A DNA stretch of 64,000 nucleotides from Schizochytrium sp. TIO01. Its lineage: Eukaryota > Protista > Bigyra: Labyrinthulomycetes. The notes below the pieces were generated by a model. It worked only from the letters and a program-made list of their open reading frames with translations, was not told where the DNA came from and did no database searches. Positions 13,201 through 26,700 of this stretch are shown here, one piece after another. Position 1 is the stretch's first letter; each line of letters begins with the position of its first letter. The DNA lies in NCBI GenBank assembly GCA_004764695.1, contig SMSO01000007.1, positions 2,363,270 to 2,427,269 on the forward strand, given 5' to 3'. The position numbers and the translations under genes are program-made.

Positions 13201-15211
13201 ATGAGTCCGCAGAAGAAAGCAGATGGAATGGTGAATTATGGTTGTATTAGAAATTTGAAAAGGGATTATGTCAGGACTCAAAATAAAATTAGGATTTCTC
13301 TGATTCTTTCAAAGGCTGCAATATATCTTCAACTCCGAAAAATTAGCAGCTTTTGTTCCTTGTGGAACCTTTGTTAAAACTTAGATAAAAATTTGAGCCA
13401 AAACACTTACACTCTAGTTAGGTAGGTACCAGGCAATCAGGATTGGTAGGTACGTGGTTCTCTTCTTATTTATATGAAATAATTAAGAAGAGAGAACAAC
13501 GCTTCATAATTTTTAGGCATTATGTACAGAGCAGAGCCACTGCTGTGGCAATAAACGAGTAAATACCGTATCTCAAGGCCAATACTGATCTATGGCCTTG
13601 TCCACTCTCCGCAGTTAGTGAATTAAGTAAATACACTGTAAAATCTTTTCTCTAAAGAAAGACCTCAATTGAAAAAGGGTCAATTCTAATATCAAAATAT
13701 AAATATAAACGCAGCTTGTGCATGTGCCAGTCGCTTCTTCATGGTCCACTCCTGCAGTGGCTCGATATGATCTGTTGCGTACAGACAGGCCGACTTCCTC
13801 TGTCCCGAACTCTGGATCGTCCTCGACACCCCACTGACCTTGAAGACTGCCGACGAACCTTCCGATCTACGGAACACGTTCGCGCTAGCGTTCTGTGGAA
13901 TGAAATATAAATATAGGGTACCCGTCACCTTCTCATTCCAAGGTGTCCCCGTGCCGACTGAGCTGACTTTCTCACGCGCTATTCAAATCAATTCTTTTCA
14001 AGGTAAAAGAAAGATTTTGACTTGAAATAATAAGCCGATTAAAGGTTTATGTGTATACATACATATGTATATAATAGGCGCTATATATGTAATATTCGAG
14101 AAGCATAAAAACACGAAACCAAATATGAACTTCAATGCAGCACACGCTTTGGTTCGCAAAGAAACACGAGTGCGCTCGTGCGTGAGCATATAACAGCAAA
14201 TCAAATCAAAGCATGCAAACAAGCAAGCAAAGAAATTCTTCTTAATAAATAAATAAAAATGGCTCGAATATATTTCAAAATGGCTCTTTCTTATTTTATT
14301 ATTTAGAGTAGATCGGTTGATATTAGACAAAGAGTTTTGACTGAATGGATACCAAAAAGGATATTATTATATATTCCTTTGCATACGGAGTCTAGCAGCA
14401 GAGACTCAAATGGTATTTGGCAATTGAAAAGTTTGATTGAATAGATACTATGACAAATTTACATTTTGCTTCCGCTGCCATATATAGTGAAAATACATAG
14501 CAAAGAGGGGATTTCTAACATCAGTATCTTTAGTTCTTAAACAAAGAAGTAAGATAAACAATTTGAGTAAACAGATTTCCTGAGAGTGACTTGGTGGGAC
14601 CGACTCTGCATCACTTCCATCATCGTCTCAAAAAAACAACTTGAAGTGCATAGCATCAATTGATAGCAATAATAACTTAATCAACGTCTGGAAAAGGTGG
14701 CCTAAAGGTGCAAGCTTGAGAGAAGGCTTTGTGTACGTGGGTACTGCGAGCTGTGGAGGAAACTTAGAGCTTGCACTGTCTCGGTCTCATGCCATGTGTC
14801 TGCCTTTTTATTCCCTGTTCGTGTAAAGAAACAAAAAAGGAAAATAGGATCCTACAAAATGCCTAATACTAGTCTAGCGCGTAAGAAGAAGAGATATGAG
14901 AAAAAGTGCTCCTTGGGAACGAGGTCCCATTAAAAAAAATCTTGAAAGAATTAATATTCAATATACATTTCTGGGAGATGTTACTAGATTTCAATTCCAA
15001 GTTCTTTTCCTGAGTGAAAACAGCCATTGGAATTGAGACATCGTTATTTACATGTCAAAACTCAGAGTTAAAAGCTTGGAGAAAGCGTTAGATATTGCTT
15101 TCTAACAGTGCCTAAACGATTGAAGGTTTGCGTTTGCAATACAGAGTTCAAGAGGATAGGTTCGATATAGAAAACTTGTTCATCATTCATAGATCTCCCA
15201 ATTACTATTTT

Positions 15212-15262
15212 CGTCATCATCGTCATCGTCATCGTCATCGTCATCATCATCAGCAGCAGCAG

Positions 15263-15297
<35 letters not shown>

Positions 15298-15319
15298 GCA
15301 ATATCAACAGCAGCAACAT
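15212..15319. repeat. Compound microsatellite (CATCGT)n followed by (CAG/CAA)n
   Basis: Seen directly; generates spurious HRHR/polyQ/polyL ORFs. Confidence 0.95.
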
Positions 15320-18300
15320 CCATTCTCTTGTGTGCCCTCTCCGAGTTTGCTATATTAAATCGATGGCCCATTGTTGCTAGCGATCGCCAAATCTATTTTC
15401 AGAAATACAAATATGTCTCCTTTACTTTTTGGGTAGGTAGTAGATGGGTACAATTTATTTACCTACTACTTAGGCTCAGCAGACTTAGCAATAATAAGAA
15501 AGACCTTTGAAAATGAAAAGTGATTCTCTTATTGAAAAACTATTATTAAAAAAAATAATAAAAAATAGAAAAGCTAAAATAGAAAAACTGAAAAACGTTT
15601 ATTGGATTCCTATCTATCCGAAGAGGGAGATTGCTACTGTTATCCTATCTACTAAGTTCTACGACTTCTTCCTTTTGTTTTGATCAGGAGACAGCGCGCA
15701 GGTGCTGTCCTCCCCCTCCTCTTACAACCGTTCCGTGTTCGGATTCTTGCTATATCTTAAAAATTAATTAATTATTTTTGTCAAAAAGTGATTTAAAGAT
15801 TGAAAAATATTAGAGTCAGATTAGAAGGTAGGTACTAGTAGTAGAGGCTTTGATAGGCATCATATGGAAAGCAGTTGTTGTTTGTGATGTCGCCAACCTA
15901 GACGTGCTCCGAACCAACGAATCAGATTAACCACCCAGCTATATTCCTAATTGAGGTTCAGAAAATGGATAGTGGCAGCCTGAAAGCAGTCTATTTCAAG
16001 CTGGTCCGGGCCAAGTAAAAGGTCCGTACCTTGGCCTTTTATTACACCCCTTCCAGGATGAATGCAAATAAAGACACAGACAATGCTGCTCTACTACCTA
16101 GTTACCTATCTACTAACGACAGCAGGAAGATCTGCTGTTTGTTATTATTATTTTCATTTAGAAGGAAAACATGTTAAATTTTAGTTATTTTAAAACATGA
16201 ATGAATAAAGAACCATTAAAAGATCGTAAGATCAGCACCTAATCTCCCTGCAAAATGGTTTCATTGTGTTTGTGGCTTTCCTTGTCACCAGCCGAAGCAC
16301 CTTGCTGCTCAACTAGCAGCACCAATCTCCATTGGGCCCACGCCTATTGCGATGAAACAAGGACCTCCTATGGGCAGACGACCTGTGCATATTCATCCAT
16401 CCATCCAAAGGTGTGAAGAAGTAGTAGCAGGGCAATCAAGCTAACCTGAGGCTTGATTTGCTTTGTATACTTTACCAGCTACTAGATACCCACCGTTTGA
16501 AGAAGACCTGGCACTCGAGGTTGATGTCTTGATCCGCTCGGCCCTCTGCTAGCTGAGCATGAGATGATCCGGGACTGACTGAAAGGAGTAAAGTGCTGTA
16601 CTGCAAATAATATTATGCTTACAAGACCAAACTTTCTCTTCCTTCCATTCTTTGTGAAAGTGGACAGATGCCTGCTATGTATCAATTGTCTTTGTCTTGA
16701 TTTTTGGTTGCCATCATTAAAGTTGTTTCCCCTACTTTTTATTGTTCGGTTTGGGTGCGACACAGATAGCTAATACAGTAATTCAAGTAGGAATGGTTTG
16801 CGAGCGAGTCTTTCACGCGCGGTTCCAAGTTGAAACGCCATGGTAAGACTCCTGCCGCTTTGCGATGTAGGTAGAAAGAAACAGGGAACGGCAGCTGTTG
16901 TATGAGGGGGTGTTCTTCTCTCCTCTGTCTCCATATTCTGTAGTGGAGACAGTGACGAGGGACTTCACTTGTGGAAGTAAAAGTGTTCACGCGCCGCTCG
17001 ATTGCAGCACGTCTCTTCTCGCCGACTCCTGTTTCGAAAATCATGATGAAACGAGAATAAAACGATGCTAACCTTGTTGGTTTTTCTTTCTGTCTCAGGC
17101 TGTCTCCTCCCACTTTTCAAACTTTAATCACTCTAGGTAGGTAGGTAGGTAGGTAGACAGCTTGTTGAAAATCCGAAAGGAACAAACAACATGTATGCTC
17201 TTCTTCACTCTCCATCTCAGGCTTCTCTCTCTCGGCTGGCCAGATCATGATCACAATGGGCGAACGCCGCTTTGCATGATGTTTGGGGCGTTTGGGACGT
17301 TGGGAAAGCAGCCAAGGTTGGCTTTGCCGTGAAGTCATTCACTGAGCTCCGCTGACCGCAGCCTATGATATATTGAAGTTGGGGAAAAGAAAAGATGAAA
17401 GGCTATCTTGTGAAAAAGCGAACTTCGTCCTACTACCCGTATTACTACCACTACCACTGCCTTTTACCAGACTACTTATGTGATAGCGCCTTCTTTCGTT
17501 TCCCTCTTCAAAATTGCAAAAAAAATAAAAAGACGTTTCTGTTGAAGCTTCTTCATTTTTTCCATTTGTTTTATAACTTTATAACTTTAAATGATGATGA
17601 TCACTAACATAATAATGATGATAACAATAATGATATTATGGTGACATTTATAAATAAAATAAAAAAAGACAAAGAAAGATATAGGCATGTATATAATAAA
17701 TGTTATAAAAGAGAACTAGTAAACAAATTATTGCATGGGTCCTCACAAACTCAAGTTGAAAACAACACATCAGCTTTGCTCTTGGTCGGTCCTTCAAATT
17801 GTGCTTTAATGGTTGTTTCTTCTCTTCTATACTTTCCATCATCGCTCATCGGTAGATTTTATTGCCTTTTGCTGTCCCCTCCCAATGGGATGTCAAGGCC
17901 CTCAAGCAACAACAACTAGGTATTGCTCCTCTCATTCAAGCACTTCAGTCAATTTTAAAATCTACCTAGGTACTGACTCCATCGGTCGTAGAGGTACTGA
18001 GACACCCCTGCATAATGTAAATGCCACCTTGATGGCAGCGTTTAGTATATAGGATAGGGAAACTATGAAAACCACTAAAGTAGTAGGTTGTAGCAAACCC
18101 ATCAGACGCAACGAGTGGTTCTCATGGAAACTGAGACTAGATTTCCATAAGCAGAATAGGTTTATGGAGCTCCAACTGATGGTCAGCGTGGCATGGCATG
18201 GCGATGCTGATGCTGATCGGATTAGAACCCGAGCTGACTTACACAGAGGCGTCCGCAAAACCTCTGAAGCTCTCGCCTCTTCACTGATTTATGACTTGTA

Positions 18301-19661
18301 TATAACCTGCAACCCCTCTTTTCTGCTTGAGACATTTCCTCTTTTGTAGCACCCTTTATTATCCTCCTTCTTCTCATTAGATCTTTCTTTTTGAACCAAT
18401 TTCTCTCAGAGCCTGATTTCTTCTTTTAAAACAAAAGCTATTTCTTTATTTATTTGGTGTTAGCAGTAAATGTTAATACTATTAGAGGCAGTCTCTTTCT
18501 ATTTTATTTTAATTTAATCATTTCCAGACAGTGAGAACTCTTTGCTAGCACGTTGAAGAGCTGAGAACTTTAATCGCAAGTTCTTGCTTTCGCGTTCCCT
18601 CCTTCCCAGCATAGCAACAGTTCTGCTCAATAAGTTGCAAAAGTATCAGCGACTGTCTGCTCAAGCCCATGTCGTCAAGAGCTTGTTTTGTTTTTGCCTT
18701 TGTCTTTATTTTTGCCTTTGCAATGTGAGTGTCTTGGTAAGCAAGAAAGACAATAATCTGCGCTTGGGTTCGAAAAATCATGTTTTTTGTTTGTTTTTTT
18801 ACGTTCTCAGACCAACTTTGGAATGTTCATTTATATTATTATTAATATTGTTATTATTAAAAAGGAAAACGTTCTGAAAAGTCAACAGGAATAATACAAA
18901 AAACCAACCAGCAGCATGCGGTTGGTCGGCTTAGGGTCTACTGAGTACGAAGCCAATAATACAACTAGTTTACTTGTGCTCACCTCTCAAACCCTGTTCT
19001 CCAAAAACACTTCATTCTACAAAATTACAAAGAGAGGTTATCATGGTCCTCGGCTTAAGGTGTTCGCAGCGGCATCCAGCAGCTCTTGTTTGTTTACGTG
19101 CTAAGAAAGAAAGAACTCGTATCTTGGAATCAACATCAGGTACTTGGGTGCCTATAGAACTAATAATTTTCTTCAATAAGTGATTGTTTCATCTTGAGCT
19201 TTTTATCCAAGTTGCGTAAAGATTTCAACTGTTTACCTCTGACTATAATTAGAGTGGTAACGAGTGATTATTTTGGCTTGAGTTTTCCCCAAGCTCAAAG
19301 ATTTGAAGGAGTTGCCTCGAAGTACCTAAGAGCATACCTATAAGTGAGAGTGCCTCGTTAAAGCTAGGATAATGGAAATGAAATAAAAAGAAGAACAGAG
19401 GAAGAGAACTCCAGACACAAGAACTCCATTGCAGAGTCGTAGTAGCTGGGCCATCAATGCCACAGGCTTTTGAGCGGGCTCCATCCAGCTCGTGCGATTG
19501 GCGTCAGCAACAGTCAGGAGATTGAGTCGCGATTGGAAAACCAGAACATGACTGTAAGATGAACAACAACGCAGTAAGGAACATCGTGAAAGGAAGAAGT
19601 TGCAGAGGTTCCCTCTCAGGAGCAGGAGCAGATGCAGATGCTGTAAACCACTGACGCAATA

Positions 19662-19662
<1 letters not shown>

Positions 19663-19744
<82 letters not shown>
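19663..19744. repeat. (TTGA)n microsatellite, about 20 units
   Basis: Seen directly. Confidence 0.97.
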
Positions 19745-21454
19745 AATTGAGTGCGAACGGTGGTGGGGGCACTCTTGCTGGAGACCACACAGGTTAGGCA
19801 TGCCAGTGGATCAACCAATCAATGTACTTTGTCACAATCATCTTATCATCTTCAGGCTAGCCAAGGGAAGCTCTCCGCATTCTAGTAAGTAGTTGAGTAG
19901 CAGATCCATGTCGAGCTTCTAATTCACTGGAAACTTGAGCGTTCTAGCTATAGCAGGTATCTCAGGCTGCATCAAAGTACCTAGCTACTAAGTGCTTATC
20001 TTTTGATGCATTCGACAGACATGGTGAAATTGGCAGCCAAGAACCCTGAGGACCAAGGCCGAGTTGGAATCTGCAGGACTGGAAGATTTGCAGTCCTGCC
20101 ATCGTCTTCTACCCATACCCTCCGGCAAGAGCAGTAGCACGAGCAGCAGCCTGGTCGAGCATGCCTAGGGTCCACAGCCCTTATCAGATGAGGATCTTTC
20201 TTCGACTAAGCTTCGTCGCATACCTTAACTACTTTGTTCCCCATACGCACATGATCATCTTCAAACACATTAACTATTTACTTTCTTCTTAAGAAAGTCT
20301 TTTGTTTTATGTCTATTAGGGTCTGGTTATTATGTTGGTAGGTATTGTTGCGACAAAAGAACAAAAACTCTAAAAACAGGGAATAAGAAAACTTTGAAGG
20401 GCAAGAAAAGAAAAAAACTATCATGAGGTCCAGAGAAGAGAAAAGGTACTAATCGCGCTAAATCGACCCCCCTTCGCACTCCACCTCAAAGCGAATCACT
20501 GCAAGTTTGCAAGGCAATACTTCTATTATACTTTGGAAGCTTCCATCGTCAACAATCGGCAGGAATTGTGGCCCGCTGCTGGCTAGTCATTTGGACCACG
20601 TACGTCCAGTATTCCTTTCCTTGATCGCCAAGCTCCTCTCGCTATTCCAACCCATGGAAGGAAGGATCTTGGTTCTCTGATGAAAGCTTAGGTATCGCCT
20701 TTCTTTTTACTTCAAAACTTTTCTTTTCAAGTTGCTTTATTTTTTAAAATAGTTAAAAACAACTTTAATAAAAGAACGATAAAAATAATATTTATATAGC
20801 CTGGATAGTATGTAGTTAAAAGAGGCAAACTTTCTTTAATTTATTGAAAAACACTTTTAAAACTTGTAGCTGCAGCCTCACGTGTTACCCTAGTGGTTCG
20901 ATTTTCAAAAGTGTTCTGTTAGAAAAACGTAACAAAAAAGTTCTGAAAGGAATAAGAACATCTAGGTGCTCGAAATACATAAAATTTTGAAGCAGCAAAT
21001 CGCAAACCACGAGGGCATTGGCGTGGCTGCCTACGCCCCCCTGCCTCATTACAGAGGCGGGTGGTAGGAGGCCTTGTAATAGCTACTACAGATTGAGCAG
21101 AGAGGAGAAGAAGGCATCGTCCATAGCAAACTAAAGGGTCTTTTGCTCCCTTGTTGTTATTTGCTTCTTAGGAGCAAGAGAAGTAAGTGCAAGCCAGCGG
21201 AGTAGAGGTTGTGCCCTTTCGCGTCACCAAACACTAGTTCTTTTGGCTGACAGATAAACTACGCGAAACTAATTGATAGTTTCAGGGTGAGGCACATTAT
21301 AGCTCATTGACGTGAGAAGCACGAAATAAAAGCGACATTGACGGTGATATCATCAAAACAGAATCACTTAGAAAGAAGCAGCTATAACTCGCACTTCTCA
21401 CTGATTGTAGAGCTTAGTTACTTGTTGGCTGGCGTAGAACTCGTACGCAAAACC

Positions 21455-23131
21455 ATGACCGAGGCCGAGTTCGAGACCGTTTGGGAATCAGATGAGCTGC
21501 ATGCACTGCGTGTAGCAGCACAGCGATACTCGCGAAAGACACACCCAGACAAGAACAAGAGATGGAAACTCATTGCGAAGGAAATTGGCAAGAGCAAACG
21601 AGAATGCTATAGGCGCTACCAGGAGCTGAAGGTAGAGCAAAGTGAATTACGTCGATGTCCATCTGACTCTAGCGTGCTCTCTAGTGTGAGAACGGTGTCC
21701 TCGGATAGTCTTCTCTCCAGTGGTGGAAACAGCGTCTCCAGTGGTGCAAGCGCCATGAATGCCAGCACAATAAGTAGTGCCAAAAGCTTCGGGAGCAGGG
21801 CAAGTTCGAGCATCAGAAAATTCAGAAAATCTAACAGCTCAAGATCTGTGGTGAAAACATCAAACTCCAGCAAGAGCTATCCTTTACCAGAAGCTACGCC
21901 TGACTTTTCATTCTGTGTTGAGGCGAAGTGCGTTCATGGAAATGCTATGAAGGAACATGCCGATCTTGCCATTTATGATCTTCATGAACCTGCAGAAGAC
22001 TCCGTCAGTGAATGCAAGCTCTCCAATGATAGCCTCGATACCTTTGTGGAGGCTTCCACCCTTACCTGCTCACCTCGTACAGTACGTTCCATCCGTACCG
22101 ATGAAGCTCGCGACATCTTATCTCTTCTTGTGGGGGGTGCTAAGCTACGTGTTGGCCTCGACACAGGTTGGCGTAAGCAGGGTTTCTTTTTTGGAGAAGG
22201 CGCAAAGCCACGCTATGGACTTGTCCAGCTAAAGGGTGGCCCTTGTGGCGCAATTGCAGTGGTTCAAGCATTTGTTCTTGTGGAATTGCTTTATGGAGTT
22301 AACATGCCTGCTGCCATCCGTTGGGACCGCCCTACCTCTGAGGAGCGTCGCCGAGCGCTCACAGAGGCTCTTACAACAATTATTTGGCAGGCTGGGGATC
22401 GTGTGGCTAACGTTTGCGTGGTAGATGACGGTGTTGCAGATAGTAGCTCAGGAACAGGGCAAATGATGGTTCACCAAGCACAAAGCCGCGAAGATGTTCG
22501 TGACATTGTTGACGGGCACATTGAATCCTTCATGCGCCCTCAAGGGCCCGGAGTACTTCTGCTTCTCTTTTCTGTCATCCTTACCAGGGAGGATATCAAA
22601 TCCGACATGGACCATGCTTTGCATCCAGGCGAGACTGCCCTCATTGGGCGTCACAACTACGCTGGTCAAGAGCTTGTGAACCTTTTGCTCTTTGGTCGAG
22701 CATGCTCAAATGTATTCGATGGGAAAAAGGATCTTGGTCAAGGCAAAGATAAAATGGTTCTGCAGGGTGTGGAGCGCCATTGCGAGGTCGGCTTTCTCAC
22801 GCTTTTTGAGCACTATGGCTATATGCAGGTTGGGTCGCTTCTCAAGGAGCCTCTTTTTCCTGTGTGGGTACTGTGCAGCGAATCTCATTACTCAGTTCTT
22901 TTCTCTGACGGTCCTGAATGTCTGAACTCAAGTGAACCATTTGATCTCTATTATTATGATCAACTTGGCAATCAAGAAGAACAGTATCGGTTGACCGTGA
23001 ATCCCGACCCTGACTGTCCAGTGGAGCATAGTACAGATGAGTCGCGGCTGGTCTCTCCCATTGATGACTGTATACGAACGAGATGGCCTGGTGCCACAGT
23101 TGATTGGAATGGATCGGATCCTCTTTTGTGA
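21455..23131 (+). CDS. MINDY4: MINDY-3/4 family deubiquitinase (DUF4205) with an N-terminal SANT/Myb-like domain (558 aa)
   Basis: LVQLKGGPCGAIAVVQA (catalytic Cys), PVWVLCSESHYSVLF (catalytic His), FDLYYYDQL, and C-terminal RTRWPGATVDWNGSDPLL. First ATG at 21455 (AACCATGA). Confidence 0.9.
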   Translation: MTEAEFETVWESDELHALRVAAQRYSRKTHPDKNKRWKLIAKEIGKSKRECYRRYQELKVEQSELRRCPSDSSVLSSVRTVSSDSLLSSGGNSVSSGASAMNASTISSAKSFGSRASSSIRKFRKSNSSRSVVKTSNSSKSYPLPEATPDFSFCVEAKCVHGNAMKEHADLAIYDLHEPAEDSVSECKLSNDSLDTFVEASTLTCSPRTVRSIRTDEARDILSLLVGGAKLRVGLDTGWRKQGFFFGEGAKPRYGLVQLKGGPCGAIAVVQAFVLVELLYGVNMPAAIRWDRPTSEERRRALTEALTTIIWQAGDRVANVCVVDDGVADSSSGTGQMMVHQAQSREDVRDIVDGHIESFMRPQGPGVLLLLFSVILTREDIKSDMDHALHPGETALIGRHNYAGQELVNLLLFGRACSNVFDGKKDLGQGKDKMVLQGVERHCEVGFLTLFEHYGYMQVGSLLKEPLFPVWVLCSESHYSVLFSDGPECLNSSEPFDLYYYDQLGNQEEQYRLTVNPDPDCPVEHSTDESRLVSPIDDCIRTRWPGATVDWNGSDPLL

Positions 23132-23799
23132 GCCTGAACAACTCATAACTGATTCTCGTAGACCTAAACTTTGCTTTTCTTCGTTATTCTCATTATACAC
23201 GATAGTGTCGACCGACTTCACCTTGAATCACTTCACAAATTGCACTCCTCACAACGAATATACTGTGCAGCTATGAGAGTTTTGCAATCGAGAGCAACTT
23301 TCTCGTTCCTCCTTTTCTTCTTTTCTCGTGTTTGTGACTTGCATTTATCTGGTTCTGACTTAGGCTCTTATTCGCCTACATATAAATACGCTTCACTAGA
23401 ATAATTATTCAAGCCCGTTAGACTAACTTTCACACATCCCTCGCGTATTCTCAAAAGGGCCATGAGCGGCCACTTTCTTTGCAATTAAATAGTACTCGTA
23501 TGATTGATTTTTTCATTTTTTTAAATTTCTTAGTTTCAATCATATCATTTGATTTTGACAACAATGTTGTGAAAAAGAAATACCAAAGCTGGATCCTTCT
23601 AAACTTATGGCCAGGAATATTATTATCCAATTAAAGCACTTATTAACAACACAACTGTCACACTGGTTCCAAGAAGGAAAATCATATTTATACAAAAGAG
23701 CAATGTATTATTACAAAAATTTAATAATCCTTTAAAGCGGCTCCAAAATATAGTTTCATGACCATGCATCTTTTTTGCGGGAGCGTTTACAAAAATGAA

Positions 23800-26700
23800 C
23801 TAGGTTCCATTTTTCTGCAGGCTGACGTTATAGCTAGAATGCCATCGCATGAAGCAAGACTGCTGCTCCTCTTGGTCGCGAAACACCTTATGCAGTGGAA
23901 CTTTGCACAAGGAGCACACTGATGTTGCCTGACCACCACAAACTACACATGTTTTCATTTTGGGACGAGCGACACCATTGGTTTCTGTGAAGCCAATTTT
24001 TTTGATATCATGTGGAAGCCCTCGGTTCCTTCTAATAGCACGAATTGCTGGCCGATTGAAAAAGCTACGACGAGCCTTTCCACGCTTTGGAGCTTTATTC
24101 ATAATCTCCTCTGCCTCGGAGAGAGCAATTTTCTGTAATTGTTGTTCAGAAAGCTTGTCAAGGTCGTCGTCGGGATCGATCGTAAAGGAAAGATTTTGTG
24201 ACCGCGTCTGGTCCTGCTCGTCCTGCTCGTGTTGACCCTGGTCATGTTCCTGGCCAGGAACTTGAAGTTGTTGTTGTTGCTGCTGCTGCTGCTGCTGCTG
24301 TTGTTGTGGTGGTGGTTGCTGTCGTTGCGCTTGTCCACGGGTTTGTATTGTTGTGTGAGATTGCGACTGAGCGTGGTGCTGATGATGATGACCAAAAGCA
24401 TGCTGATGAACAGAAGATCCAGAATATATAGCTCCAGAAGCATGTGTTCCCGTAGCAGCTCGAAGCTGCGCAACTACTAGATCAAGAGCAAATTGACGTC
24501 TTTGCGACGAGGTAGGCAAGGGTGACCCTGTATGCGAATTCGTATGCATGGAAAGAGCTTGTACAGTCACCACAAGAGCTTGCAACACAGATACAACCCT
24601 CAAATCCCCTTCAGTTGATGACATGGTTGCGCTCAGAGCATCTAAACTCTTGAGAACTTCCTCCGAGCTTTGCTCAGCACCTTCATAGCAACACTGCGCA
24701 AGACTTGCAAACGAGCTCACAGGCATAAGAGGTTGGCCACGATCCCAAAAGAGAATCTTGTCATTCAATGCCCTCCACAGACGAAAATTACGCAGTAAAG
24801 AGTTCGATGAAGACCTCAACTCAACAGGTACTGCTGGAGTGCTCCCAGGCTTGCTGTCAATCGCCCACTTACAAAGATCTGCAAACGGGTGAACAGCTCC
24901 AAGAAAGGCTTGTTTTGCATCCTTAGAAATATTCACAATGACTGCTCGAAAAACATCAATCTCGTCATACTGAATAAATAGAGCATAGTCTGTATCCAGA
25001 ACAGTCGCTTGGTGAAGCAACGTTGTACGACAATCTTCTGGGATATACGACCACCACGAGGTAGAACCAACATGATCAGCTATGAGCTCGTTCGGCGTCG
25101 CACTCCGCTGTTTGTCTGTACCAAGCCGGTTGCGAGTAATGCAAACAGGGGCAAGCTCACCTTCATCACTTGGAGCTTGAGGATGAGCCACAAGAGCTAC
25201 CAAATCCGGTGTTGAGCCCAAGTATGGGTAACTATGACTGACAAGGAGACCCGTCTGGAAGACTCCACGGCACCAAGGTTTACGTTTGAGTAGCTCTCGA
25301 GTGTGAGTAATTTCACTTCGGCGGTTATTCATATTCATTCCATGCAACCAGTCATTTACAAGAAGGCCAGCAGCTAAATGGACGTCCACGTTATTCCTTC
25401 CTTCTCTTATGGTATTCGTGACAAATTGTTGTGAATGTTTGTCGTGCAGGATGAGTTTACGGGATACGGTCTCGTTCACTAGGTACTGGCGTAAGACCTG
25501 CCAGTCTAGATACCCAGAAATAACAGTGATGGGAGCTACAGAGCGCCGCAAATCTCGTTCTATTGTTGTAGCCACAGTTTGACGAGAATAATTCGAATGA
25601 TCCGAGGCGGTCGCAAACAAATGCGCCGCAGCTTCCAACGGTCTAAGCTTTTGAAAACGAAGAGCTAAATGATCAGAGTGTCCAGAATCTATCATCTCAA
25701 CCCCTTGGTCTATGTACCACGCAGAGGGTTCCACTGAGTTTGCTACTTGATAGGCAGATAAGCAGATGGGTGCTGAGTCTTGCGTATCCCAAGAACGATA
25801 GTGACGCTGGCATCGATGTAGTTGAACGCCGCTATATTCAGTAGATACAGAGGGACTGGGGAGAACAGGAGTATGTTTAGAAAGTTTTGCAAGAGTAGAA
25901 ACGTGCCCAAAGATCCAAGACTGCCAAAGATCGCGGGTTAGAGATTCGCTGAAAATAAGTAGTGAGCCCATCTTTGGCTCAAAACTTTGCAGAAGTACAT
26001 GTCCTGCAAGAACTGCCTCTTCTTTTCCATATTCAGTTTGCGGCAACCCCTTTTCAAGAGATGAAGGAGGAGGAGGAGCAGATAGTCCGAGCTGGCTCTG
26101 GCTTGAACAAGGGTAAACACTCACTACAGCTTGTAGTGTTGCATCATATAAGCACATAAGGTTACCCTGTTTAGCCCTTAGCAAACCATACGAGCCAAAC
26201 TCCGTCGACGTAATCTTACGAATTATCTGAAAAGCCTGCTTAGAAAATTGGTGCACGAGTGCCTCGCACTCACTAGCATTAGATGACCAGTACGGAAATT
26301 CGACTGCATTCAGTAACTCAATAATTCGTGCCTTAGAAGACAACAGTTGGCTATCATTGGTCAATTTGGCTAGCATATCAAAGCTGGTATCAATGGGAAA
26401 CCCGAGTAGTTTTATACCAAGATAAATATAAATGAATTGCATCATCTCGTTGCGTAAACACTGCCTTTTGCGGTCTTGTCGCAGCTTGTGGTTAACGAGG
26501 TCTTGTAGAACGCCTATTGAGCCTGCAATGAGAACTTCGAAGATACTTCCAGGCGTTCGAGAGCCAAAATCAAATTCGGGTTCATGCTGATGATGTTGGC
26601 TCAGGAGAAGACTAGGCTCTGGTATTGAACCAAGAATATTTGGGTGTTGACTACTGCTGAGGATCGACGCAAGGTTAATCCGAACGGCGTCAATGTGTTT

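Noticed and set aside
15068-15371. PolyQ, polyL and polyD short ORFs
   Set aside because: They arise from a compound microsatellite.
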